Shown here one piece after another: positions 10,796 through 20,613 of a stretch of DNA of 64,000 nucleotides. The DNA is taken from contig CAWGBN010000002.1 in assembly GCA_963820825.1 (NCBI GenBank), positions 320,001 through 384,000 on the forward strand, in the 5' to 3' direction. Numbering within the stretch: position 1 is the first letter of the stretch; every line of letters begins with the position of its first letter. The position numbers and the translations under genes were made by a program. Below the pieces are notes generated by a model. The model saw only the letters and a program-made list of their open reading frames with translations, did no database searches and was not told where the DNA came from. This DNA is from Vulcanimicrobiota bacterium. GTDB taxonomy: Bacteria; Vulcanimicrobiota; Vulcanimicrobiia; Vulcanimicrobiales; Vulcanimicrobiaceae.

Positions 10796-11046
10796 CGCTG
10801 ATCCTCCTTCTGGGGCAAGTCCCATATGGAAATGATCCTGCTAGAAGTTCGGAAGCGTAGGTCCTGGGTCCCATGAACCTTTGGTCATCGAGGTGAAATA
10901 ACACCTCGAACCTCACCAATGGACTAAGATGGAGCGTGCAAGAGAGGTGTCCCGCAAGCTCATGGCCCGCAGCAACGGCATGAAGGCAGGGCTCCAGCCC
11001 CATAGAACATGCCGCCCACCTGTTATCGGCTCGGAGGAAGGCAATA

Positions 11047-11460
11047 GTGGGCAGTTTTCGGCTAGCAACAGCCTTGGGATTCGGTATTACGTTTTTAGCG
11101 GGGTGTGGAACAAATCAACAGATCGATCCATCGCAGGCGACACACACGCAGAACGTTACGCGGGTAGGCTCGACAAAACCCGATAGTACAATTTATTGGG
11201 AACCGTCCAAGATAGTTTTAAAAGGCTCCGAGCATGATAACCCCGTGCTCTATCTTCCCACCGGTCATAAATGGGGCTTGGGCAATGACACCTGCGGCAC
11301 AAGGGTATTCGCAGCGACGATCAAGCAAGGAACCTCCGGGAGCCTTACATGGTACGAGTGGGATTTTCACGCCACAGCGTCGGGTCCGTTCCGGTGCGTC
11401 TACGTCGCCCATGATCGGGTCACAAAGGAGAATGGTAGGCTAATCGTCATCGCTCGATAA
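11047..11460 (+). CDS. Small hypothetical lipoprotein
   Basis: Signal peptide with LAGC lipobox; GGAGGAAGG upstream. Confidence 0.6.
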   Translation: MGSFRLATALGFGITFLAGCGTNQQIDPSQATHTQNVTRVGSTKPDSTIYWEPSKIVLKGSEHDNPVLYLPTGHKWGLGNDTCGTRVFAATIKQGTSGSLTWYEWDFHATASGPFRCVYVAHDRVTKENGRLIVIAR

Positions 11461-11555
11461 GCAAAAGCGGCGTTAAGATTCCAAAAAGAATTCGCAAAAT
11501 TGCGGGCCCTTTTCTCATCGGGACATCGCTAACAAAGCATAAATTGAGATTTTTG

Positions 11556-11603
11556 AACGGGCCTTTGTTTATTGGCTCCCACTGCTGGACTCGAACCAGC
11601 GAC
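11556..11603. repeat. att remnant 3: half terminator plus degenerate tRNA-Asn 3' fragment
   Basis: AACGGGCCTTTGTTTATTGGCTCCCACTGCTGGACTCGAACCAGCGAC aligns to 31698-31745. Confidence 0.85.
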
Positions 11604-11892
11604 GCGCAGGCAGGTGGCCGCTCGGTCGCTCAGAAAAGACTGGGCATAGGGACTGCGTGATTCGGTCCTGAGCTGACGCACTACACCTCAACCAGAACGT
11701 TCTCCAGAGCGGGTTTTCGCGTCCTAAAGAACGCGATGGAGGGTATTCTTATGTCAAAGCAACATTGTGCGCTCGCGCCGATCCTGTTTGCTCTATTGCT
11801 ACAAGCATGCGCGGGTCCAACCGGCGGCCTCGAGTCTACTTCGTCATCCCGAAACGCTTGGGGCGCTAATCAGATTCCGTCAACTTCTCAAA

Positions 11893-12005
11893 AATAAAGG
11901 CCCATTACGCAACGGGCCTTTATTCATTGGCCCCGGATGCTGGACTCGTTCTTCGACTCGCGCCTCCTGCGCTCTGCTCAGAATGACGGACCCGCTGATT
12001 AACAG
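11893..12005. repeat. att remnant 4: terminator plus tRNA-Asn 3' half interrupted by a 40-nt insert
   Basis: AATAAAGGCCC...GGGCCTTTATT, then TGGCCCCGGATGCTGGACTCG [insert] GACCCGCTGATTAACAG. Confidence 0.85.
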
Positions 12006-12025
12006 AAACTCAGCCATGGCGAGGT

Positions 12026-13048
12026 TTATTGAATCGCGATGCCTCCCGGGGAATCGAGCTTCGTCCTCGCGCCCTTAATCGTACGAATCGGCTCGACGTT
12101 GCCTCCGGTGCCGGGAGCATACACTGCTATGATGGGACCGCCGTTGACGACGTAGACGTTCTCGCTTGCATCGACTGCAACGCCGGCAGGATTGCTAAGC
12201 TTCGTTCTTCTGCCGTGGATTATCCAACTCGGCGCGACGTTCCCGTGCGCGCCGACTGGGAACGATGTAACGCAGTTGCAGAGCGCGCCTGCTGTGTAGA
12301 TGCTTCCGCCGCCCACGGCGACTTGCTCGTTATCGTAGAGACGCGTTCGGTGGCCGCCGATTGTTTGTATAGGAGCGACGTTGCCGGTCGCGCCGGCGGA
12401 GTAGACGGTGATGGTTTGGCTGTTGAAGTTGGGAACGTAGATATTGTTGCTCGTATCCAACGCGAGAGCGTACGGGACGTCGAGCCCGGTATTGGAGCCG
12501 GTGATCGTGTTGACCGGGGCGACGTTGCCGGTCGCGCCGGCGGAGTAGACGGTGATGGCCCCCTGCCCGCTTGGGCCACCAGCTCCGTTAGTGACGTAGA
12601 GGTTCTCTGATGAGTCCAGCGCAACGCCAATGATGTAGTTCATGGTGGTATTGGAGCCGGCGATTGTGCGGATCGGGCTGACGTTCCCGTTCGAGCCCGC
12701 GGCATAGACCGTGACGGAATCGTTGAACTCGCCGTTCACGTTGGCGACGTAGATGTTGCCGCTCGCATCGAGGCCGACATCGGTTGGATCGATCAGTCCC
12801 GTCCTACTGCCGCTGATCGTCTGTATCGGCTTGACGTTGCCGGTTGCGCCGATCGGATAGACGGTTACGGCGTTGCTTCCGGTATTCGCGACATACAGAC
12901 ACGGACACGGTGAGGTGCTCCTCTTTCCCATGAAGTGGTGCTGTTGAGGAACGGGGTCCGATGGGGATAGCGTATCGCTCATCCCGCCGCACGCGGCCAA
13001 GAGCGCTGCCGTAATGCACGCTCCCATCACGCTGCACAGATATCTCAT
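12026..13048 (-). CDS. NHL-like beta-propeller lipoprotein (CPC family, paralogue 3)
   Basis: Lipobox LAAC, STSPCPCLYV; exact 40-bp internal repeat at 12375-12414 and 12519-12558; AGGAGG RBS. Confidence 0.9.
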   Translation of the reverse strand: MRYLCSVMGACITAALLAACGGMSDTLSPSDPVPQQHHFMGKRSTSPCPCLYVANTGSNAVTVYPIGATGNVKPIQTISGSRTGLIDPTDVGLDASGNIYVANVNGEFNDSVTVYAAGSNGNVSPIRTIAGSNTTMNYIIGVALDSSENLYVTNGAGGPSGQGAITVYSAGATGNVAPVNTITGSNTGLDVPYALALDTSNNIYVPNFNSQTITVYSAGATGNVAPIQTIGGHRTRLYDNEQVAVGGGSIYTAGALCNCVTSFPVGAHGNVAPSWIIHGRRTKLSNPAGVAVDASENVYVVNGGPIIAVYAPGTGGNVEPIRTIKGARTKLDSPGGIAIQ

Positions 13049-13396
13049 TCCCGACCTCCTTTCAGAAGTAACGAGCTACGCCTCAAACCTTGGCTTGGCG
13101 CCGCCCTCGAGACGTGCCCGATCAGGTTCGATCCGACGCTCAGAGAACACCCAATAGCCCCGGTTGTTAGCGGAGGCAACTAGTATACAGCTAAAGGCTG
13201 CCCGCCCCTGCCGGCAGCGCGTCCCCAAACTTTGCCGTCGCCGCGGTGGACACCGTGTCCACCGGGAAACAGCGAGGTCCAGTTCACCAAGCCCATTCGC
13301 TGGGTCACACCGTAGTCGGTGACGATTCGGTCGCGTTCCGCGAGAAGGTCGGCGATGACATCGTCGCCGGTACGATCCCGGCTGCGGAAATACGCC

Positions 13397-13461
13397 CTTA
13401 GGCTGCACATTGCCGCACCAAGACAAAGGCCCGCTTCACGAACGGGCCTTCTGATTAACAG
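13397..13461. repeat. att remnant 5: arm repeats, terminator and anticodon-loop end, with the middle of the core deleted
   Basis: CTTAGGCTGCACATTGCCGCACCAAGACAAAGGCCCGCTTCACGAACGGGCCTT then CTGATTAACAG; aligns to 31652-31707 and 31749-31759. Confidence 0.85.
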
Positions 13462-13660
13462 CATCGCAAACTACGCACGCATCCGCTGCTGGGAGCGGCG
13501 AAGGCATGTGGCGACATTTGCCCACAGGAAGCCGTCGAGTAAACGTTGTGGATGGGCACCCGCGCCCGGGCAAAGGCGCTCGCCGGATAATCGCGAATCG
13601 CGCAAATGGCAGGAATCTCCGTCACGAAACACGAGACGCGGAGATTCAAGGGAGGCTTTT

Positions 13661-14860
13661 ATGCGATTGGAGCTTCGTCGTACGGCACTCCTATGCTGCT
13701 TGGTGGTCTCAGGGTGCTCGCACCCTTCGGGCTCGACGCCGGCGTTGCCGCCGAGCCTCGACCAGCGCGCGTTGGCGCGCACGACGGCGTTACCGGATAG
13801 CGCTTTTGATTCACTCTATTCGTTCGGCAAAAATCCCTACGATGGCAGCCAGCCCACGTTCCTCGTACCGTACAACGGGAAGCTCTACGGTACGACCTGC
13901 TGCGGCAGCCCTGGAGGTGAGGGCACCGTCTTCAGCCTCACGCCCGACGGCAAGGAGACGATTCTTCACACCTTTATGGGAAGCGACGGCGGCGTACCAA
14001 ATGGACCGCTGCTCAACGCCGGCGGGGTCTTTTATGGAACCGTCAGTTCGGGGGGAGGGCCGAGCAGTCTCGGCGCCGTGTTCAGCATCGACACCGACGG
14101 AAACTTCAACGTCGTCCGCGCGTTCCAAGGCGGCTCGAACGACGGCCTTCAGCCGTACGGCGGACTCGTCGAGTTAGACGGCACGCTCTACGGCACCACG
14201 CTCGGGGGCGGCGCTAATGGAGACGGCACCGTGTACGGCATCACCCCTCAAGGAGTCGAGCATCTGGTCCATTCGTTTAACGGTTCCGACGGCCAAGAGC
14301 CGCTTTCAACGCTGATCGTCGTCAACGGCGACCTGTACGGTACAACCCTTACCGGAGGCAAGTTCGGCGGCGGAACAATTTTTCGCGTTACCACCGCCGG
14401 CAAAGTGAAGGTGCTGCATAACTTTGGAAGAGGCAACGACGGCAACGCGCCATATTTCGGCGCGTTGGTCGACGTTGACGGCACGCTGGTCGGGACGACG
14501 ATTATGGGCGGCAGAAAAGGCGTCGGTACGATCTTCGAGAGCACTCTCGACGGCACGGAGAGCGTGCTCTATAGTTTTCCCGGTACGCCCGCAAAGGGCT
14601 GCGAGCCATACGCCGGACTCATCGAGTTCAACGGCACGCTGTATGGCACCACCGTCGGCGGATCGGGTCCGGGCTGCAGCGGCCACGGTACGGTGTATCA
14701 ATACGTGCCGAGCGGCGGTGTGATGACACTTCGCAAATTTCCCGGCGGGAACGGCGGCGCTGCCCCTGTCGGCTTGACGTCAATGGGTGGAAGTATTTAT
14801 GGAGTGACGCTTGGAGGCGGCCGTTACGGGCAAGGACTGTTTTATTCCGTGACTCCGTAG
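13661..14860 (+). CDS. GloVer-type choice-of-anchor repeat lipoprotein
   Basis: GGAGG RBS before MRLELRR; lipobox VSGC; repeated LYGTT..GG..G.GTVF units. Confidence 0.85.
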   Translation: MRLELRRTALLCCLVVSGCSHPSGSTPALPPSLDQRALARTTALPDSAFDSLYSFGKNPYDGSQPTFLVPYNGKLYGTTCCGSPGGEGTVFSLTPDGKETILHTFMGSDGGVPNGPLLNAGGVFYGTVSSGGGPSSLGAVFSIDTDGNFNVVRAFQGGSNDGLQPYGGLVELDGTLYGTTLGGGANGDGTVYGITPQGVEHLVHSFNGSDGQEPLSTLIVVNGDLYGTTLTGGKFGGGTIFRVTTAGKVKVLHNFGRGNDGNAPYFGALVDVDGTLVGTTIMGGRKGVGTIFESTLDGTESVLYSFPGTPAKGCEPYAGLIEFNGTLYGTTVGGSGPGCSGHGTVYQYVPSGGVMTLRKFPGGNGGAAPVGLTSMGGSIYGVTLGGGRYGQGLFYSVTP

Positions 14861-14902
14861 CGCTTTGAGCGGCCAGTACGAGTTCCGGCGCCCGGAAAGT
14901 GC

Positions 14903-17711
14903 TTAGAAGGCGAGGGCTGCCGCTACGGCTTGATCTTCGTTCCAGGCAGCGCCTTCAGCCATGAGCTTTGCAAGCTGGTCGTCGCCGAGCGCGTCGCGCA
15001 GTGCAGGGAGCATCTTATCGCGCTCTTGCCGTTCGGTGTGCTGCCGCAACGCTTCGATTCCATCCAAACGCGCATCGACGTAGCCTAGAAGCCGCGCAGC
15101 GCCGAGCCGATCGCCGCGCACGCGCTCCTCATCGTCGGCCCGGCGTAGCGCGGCGGTCGCTGCGAGATGCTGCAGACCCCATAATACGCCGGCCTCCCAT
15201 TGCGTGTCGCGTGCGGCTGCGAGCCCATCTCGGGCGGAAACGCGAGCGTCGTCGTAGCGTTCGAGCGCAGATCAGGTATGCCGCAAGTGTTGCACAGCGA
15301 AATCGCTGCGCCGAGTTTATGATTGAAGGTGCGATAGGTTGCGAGTGCCTCGTTCTCCAGTCGAAGGGCCTCGACGGCATTGCCCTCGTGAAACTCGGCT
15401 TCGGCTAGATTTCCCGCAATGTGCGAGCATACGCGCTCTGCGCCAACGGAGCGGAACATCGCCAATGCCTCGGCAAAGAGCGGCCGCGCTCCAGCCAGGT
15501 CGCCGGCGTGGTTGCGTGCGACCGCAATGCTTTGCAAGATATCTGCGATAACGCTGCGCACTCCAACTGCTCGCGCCTCCTTCAGCGCCGAGGCCAGCAT
15601 GTTCTCGCCTTCTTCGATGTCGCCGAGATCGACGAGCGCGCGGCCGAGGAGGTGTCGGGCCTGCGCAACGCGCAGGGGATCGTCAAGCTCGCTGTAGAGC
15701 GCCAGGGCGCGTTCTGCTCGCTCGCGAGCCGTCTTCCGTTGAGCGAGTGCGTAGCGATCGCCGCTTCGGCACAGATCGAGTGCGGCCTCGACCGAGGCCG
15801 GCATCGCGGTCGGCGGAGAGATCACGCGCGGCCCGAATCCACCGCTGTCCTTCCGCCGCAGCGAAGCGCGTCCACACCGGCCGGAGCGCCGCCGCCAGCC
15901 GTCGGCCGAGCAGCACGTCGCCCTGCGCTCCGAAGCGCCCAGGTGAGCGCCGCTCGGAAGTTCTCCAGCTCCGGCTCGGCGCGAGCAAGCCACGCGCGCT
16001 CGGGCGTCGTTTCAAAAATGCTATAGAGTTCTTCGCCGAGCGCGAGAATTGCAGCCGCGTGCAGCCGCGCGACGGCGGCATCCTCTCCCGCCTCGGCGAG
16101 GCGTTCGCGCCCATACTGCCGCATCGACTCGAGGAGCCGATAGCGCATTCCGCCTTCCGTTTCTTCCGCATGCACCAACGACTTGTCGACGAGCGACGAG
16201 AGCAGGTCGAGGATCTTCCCACGACTCGATTGCGTCTTCTGCGGCTTGGCTCGTCGGCGCTAACGGCGCCGGCCGTTTCGAGCGTCCACCCTCCGACGAA
16301 GATCGCCAGCCGCCGGAACAGCCTCTGCTCGTTCGGTGAGAGCAGATCGTAGCTCCAGTCTATCAGCGCGCGCATCGTCTGCTGACGCGGCACCGCCGTG
16401 CGGCTGCCCGCCGGTCAGCACGCGAAAACGCTCGTCGAGTTTCCGAGCCAGTTGTCGCGGCGCCAACACCTTTATTCGAGCCGCCGCCAGTTCGATCGCC
16501 AGCGCGATGCCGTCGAGGCGCCGGCAGATCTCCGCAACGGTTGGTGCGCTTTCATCGCTTCAACTCGAACTTCGCGTCGGATGCAGCGGCGCGCTGCGCA
16601 AAGAGCGCGACGGCCCCATAGCGCAGAGCGTCTTCCGCCGTGAGCCCATCGCTTTGCGCCGGAAAAGCCAGCGACGGCATGTGATAAACGTGCTCGCCGC
16701 CGATGCGCAGCGGCTCACGGCTGGTCGCCATTAACCGCACGCCGGGAGCGCCGCGCAAGATCGTATTCGCGATCTTTGCGACCTCGTCGATCACGTGCTC
16801 GCAGTTGTCGAGAAGTAGCAGCAGATTCTTGCTCTCCAGATAGCGCAGGAGGGTCTCGAGCACGGGACGTCCCGGCTGCTCGTGCAAACCCAGCGCCGTC
16901 GCGATCGTGCTCGGCGACCAGACTCGCATCGTTCGTCGATGCCAGCTCGACGAACCACACGCCATCGCCCGAACGATCGAGCAAATCCGCACCGACTTGG
17001 AGTGCGACGCGCGTCTTACCCACGCCGCCGGTGCCGACGAGCGTCACCAAGGCGTGCTCACGTATCAGCCGCTCGACCTCGGCCAGCACCTCGTCACGCC
17101 CAATGAGCGACGTAAGCTGACGCGGCAGGTTGTTCGGCATCGATTGGAGCGACCGCAGCGGTGGAAACGTTTGGGCTAGGCCCGGAGCGACGAGTTGCCA
17201 AACGCGCTCCGGTTGGGCGAGATCCGCAAGCCTGTGCTCGCCCAAATCGCACAACTCCGACGCGTTCGGGCATTAGACCGCGCAACAGCAACGCGGTTGC
17301 GCCGGAGAAGAGGACTTGGCCGCCGTGCGCCGTCGCTAACAGCCGTGCCACACGGTTCACGACCGGCCCAAAGTAGTCGCCGTCGCGCTCGTCGGTCGCG
17401 CCGCTGTGCAGGGCCATGCGAACCTGTAGGCCACCGATTGCGCTCCAATCCTCGTCTGAGAGTTCACGCTGCGCATCGATTGCCGCGGCAACTGCATCCG
17501 TCGCACGCCAGAACGCCGCGCAACACGCATCACCGACCGTCTTGAACACGTGACCGCCGTGCCTTTCGATCGCGGCGCGCAGCAGTTCGTCGTGGCGGCG
17601 CAACGCTGGCGCCATCGCGTCGCGTCGCTCTTCCCAACGCCGCGTGCTTCCCTCGATGTCGGTAAAGAGCAGCGTTACCGTCCCCGTCGGAATTGGAGCC
17701 GCCCGTGCCAT
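14903..17711 (-). CDS. Class III adenylate/guanylate cyclase + NB-ARC-like ATPase + TPR protein (multiple frameshifts)
   Basis: [29 protein letters not shown], Walker [34 protein letters not shown] and TPR-like C-terminus across frames. Confidence 0.85.
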
Positions 17712-17989
17712 CCCTGATAGTTCAAAATCTACGCGGGGCGCGCCTTGCCCCGCGCTGGGGGGAACCGAGGAAGCAAATCCCGACCGTGTGGGGCCGGGCC
17801 GGGAGTCGAATCAGCGCTCGGGGAATCCGGCAGATACCGTCCGCTACTGAAAAGTGTTATTCTGTCTGCGATGGATCGGCAGTGGCTAGCTGCGCTCGAG
17901 TGACGATCCGAACGTCCAGCTCGTAATAGCCATTAAATGGTTGCAAGAGCCGACTCACGATTGCTACGTCGATCGCCGAGAAAGCCTGC

Positions 17990-18218
17990 GGCTTTGCGCG
18001 CACGACCAGGCCGGGATTTGGCCGGCCTCTACGACCTGCGTCACACGGCCATCGAGAATCTCGTCGCCTCGGGAGTGCCGATGGATGTGATGCACGTTCT
18101 TGCCGGTCACGCGAACGCAGACGACGCTCCGGCACACAGCAAGCCCAGCGAGGAGCGCCGTCGCGCAGCCGTCGATTCGGTCGGCAAATGGCTCTCCGAG
18201 CGCACGGTCGCAAAATGA
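17990..18218 (+). pseudogene. C-terminal remnant of a tyrosine recombinase/integrase
   Basis: LYDLRHTA...LAGHAN, QTTLRH in another frame, then SKPSEERRRAAVD; no N-terminal part; directly adjacent to an att site. Confidence 0.75.
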
Positions 18219-18265
18219 GGACGGTTGCTCTACGGTCGCTCTACGGCGCGCACTCGGCAGGAGAG

Positions 18266-18463
18266 CACAAAAGAGCAACCCCCGCAAAGGAGCCTTATTT
18301 TGCGGGGGCTTTTACAATCTCCGGATGCTGGACTCGAACCAGCGACCCGCTGATTAACAGAACTTTCGCAACGTCTTGGTTCCATGCGGTTTCTCGATAA
18401 CTCGCCTTCTCTGGCTCTTATGTTTCCGTGATTTCTCACCTATTGGCTGCACAATGGCTGCAC
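18266..18463. repeat. att site 6: terminator, 42-bp tRNA-Asn core and right arm with tandem TGGCTGCAC
   Basis: 18319-18360 identical to 31718-31759; arm repeats at 18444-18452 and 18455-18463; near-identical to 20338-20535. Confidence 0.92.
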
Positions 18464-18642
18464 CTGAGCACGACGTAGCGGGGCATCGTTATGGTCCTTC
18501 TCTAAATCCAGTAGACGCCCCCACAGTGTCTGGATATGGCAGACGTCACGGCGGATCAGGAGGCAGATAGGGTCAGTTGGTTAAGCGAATCATCTAGGCG
18601 CAGGGCTAATTCTCACTTACCTTACTTACGGCATCCTTTATT

Positions 18643-18918
18643 TTGATTCCAGCCGCACGGCTGCTTTATCTCGCCGTCGCGCCGCCACAGGGTGCGCTCC
18701 TGGGCATGGTGTTGGTGACCGCGCCCCGGCCGCTCTATCCGCACTACGCGGTCGCGGCCGGTTCACTGAAAGCCGCGCTCGCTGATCAAGGAAACGCCGC
18801 CGCGCTGATGTGGATCCTCGGCGGCGCCGTCGTCTTCGGCGCGTTGCTCGTTACGCTCGGGCGCTGGGCTCGGCGCGAACGGGAACCGTCGCTTCTGCGT
18901 CGAACCGGGGCGGCCTAG
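18643..18918 (+). pseudogene. C-terminal fragment of a CtaG-type (caa3) cytochrome c oxidase assembly protein
   Basis: RLLYLAVAPPQGALLG...APRPLYPHY...ALADQGNAAALMWILGG; N-terminal portion absent. Confidence 0.65.
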
Positions 18919-18956
18919 CTTGCGGTGCTTTGCAACTGCAGAAAGGGATCGCGATC

Positions 18957-20000
18957 GTGCGCTTTTTACACATGACGTACGCGGCTGTCTCGACGCTCGC
19001 GCTGTTTTTGATTACGGGCTGCGCGCAGGATGGTACGCAGCCGGCCATCGTCGGTCAGCAAAACCAGGTCCGAGCGAAACACACGACGTCTTCATGTCCG
19101 TGCCTGTACGTCACCAACTGGGCGGGGCAATCGATTACCGTCTACCCAGTCGGCGTTACCGGTAACGTAGCACCCATAGCAGTCATCGCCGGTCCTCAGA
19201 CCGGAATCGACCTCCCATACGGCGTCGCGTTGGATGCAAGCGGCAACATCTACGTGACAAATTTTGACTACAACTCCGTCACGATCTATGCCGCCGGTGC
19301 TAACGGCAACGTCATGCCAACCGCGACCATCATGGGCTCGAATACTAAGCTGCTCGACCCCGAGGGCATCGGCATCGATCCTAGCAACGGGAACATTTAC
19401 GTTCAGAGCTTAAACGGTCCGAGTGGCAACCCCAGCATCCTGGTCTTTGCCGCCGGTTCAAACGGCAACGTCAGCCCGGCTGAAGTAATCGAAGGTTCAA
19501 AAACGGGGCTGACCGACCCCGTCGATCTTACGTTGGACGGCGGCGCAAACATCTACGATGTCGACGTCGCCAATTTCATCAACGTCTATGCCGCAGGCAC
19601 TACCGGCAACAAAAGGCCAGCGCGCAAGATCAAAGGCGGTCTCACCAAACTGAACCTTCCCTTCGGCGTGACGGTTGACTCCAGTTTCAACGTCTACGCA
19701 GCTAACAACGGCGGCGGCGAGAGCAGTATCACCGTTTATGCCTCCGGCGCAACCGGAAATGTCGCCCCCATCCAACGCATCAAGGGTCGCAAGATTGAAC
19801 TAACAGATCTCCACGGCGTCGCCGTCGACAGTTCACGCAACATCTACGCTTCCAACGGTGCCGGCGAAGTGCGCTCCTGTTCGGGCTGCAACTTCATAGC
19901 CGTCTATGCCTCCGGCGCGACCGGCAACGTAGCGCCCATCAGGGTAATCGCGGGAACGAATACAGGTCTCGACGGTCCGAGCGGGCTCACGATTCACTAA
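18957..20000 (+). CDS. NHL-like beta-propeller lipoprotein (CPC family, paralogue 4)
   Basis: GTG start after AAAGGGA; lipobox ITGC; TTSSCPCLYV; repeated YASGATGNVAPI units. Confidence 0.88.
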   Translation: MRFLHMTYAAVSTLALFLITGCAQDGTQPAIVGQQNQVRAKHTTSSCPCLYVTNWAGQSITVYPVGVTGNVAPIAVIAGPQTGIDLPYGVALDASGNIYVTNFDYNSVTIYAAGANGNVMPTATIMGSNTKLLDPEGIGIDPSNGNIYVQSLNGPSGNPSILVFAAGSNGNVSPAEVIEGSKTGLTDPVDLTLDGGANIYDVDVANFINVYAAGTTGNKRPARKIKGGLTKLNLPFGVTVDSSFNVYAANNGGGESSITVYASGATGNVAPIQRIKGRKIELTDLHGVAVDSSRNIYASNGAGEVRSCSGCNFIAVYASGATGNVAPIRVIAGTNTGLDGPSGLTIH

Positions 20001-20299
20001 AGAATTGCGGGGCATGAAGAATAGAACTTTAGATCCGCATTTGCTGCCATTGAGTCGCTGGCCTCGCGTTCGATGCAGTTCTCGCGCGCGTGCGCGCGCG
20101 AAGCTTCTAAATCACGTAAGCTTCCTGTACGGGCTCGACGGATGGCGCCCGGTGGGAACCATGTAGAACCCCGGATTCCCGGTAAGTCGACGCCTGTGGA
20201 ACCGCAGCAAGTGAGGCAAGGATTCTCATCTCCCCTGGCGTTCTCCGAAATCGCGACGATGCGCTTAAAGGCAAAGCGCCGACTCGGCGGGGCAGTGCG

Positions 20300-20535
20300 G
20301 ACTTAGGCTGCACATGGCTGCACCCAAATCGCGACGGCACAAAAGACAAACCCCTGCAAAGGAGCCTTATTTTGCAGGGGTTTTCAAACACTCCGGATGC
20401 TGGACTCGAACCAGCGACCCGCTGATTAACAGGACTTTACAACGTCACGGTTCCATGCGGTTTCTCGACAGACTCGCCTTCTCTGGCTCTCATGTTTCCA
20501 CGATTTCTCACCTATTGGCTGCACAATGGCTGCAC
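20300..20535. repeat. att site 7: complete attP-like junction (left arm, terminator, 42-bp core, right arm)
   Basis: 20300-20327 identical to 31650-31677; core 20391-20432 identical to 31718-31759; arm repeats at 20305-20323 and 20516-20535. Confidence 0.92.
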
Positions 20536-20613
20536 AACAGTTCAACGAATCGAAAACCCCGCGCCCCTGGTTAACAACCAACGTAACACCGTTTTCTACG
20601 TCGCAGCTCCCAA

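Noticed and set aside
13319..13660. N-terminal extension of the 513-aa ORF
   Set aside because: It reads through an att remnant; the RBS and signal peptide point to the ATG at 13661
17786..17816. tRNA-3'-like fragment GGGGCCGGGCCGGGAGTCGAATCAGCG as another att site
   Set aside because: It has a T-loop-like GTCGAA, but the T-stem does not pair and it does not match tRNA-Asn; too weak to call
18319..20432. Additional tRNA-Asn genes
   Set aside because: Only the 3' 42 nt are present; the D-arm and 5' acceptor strand are missing
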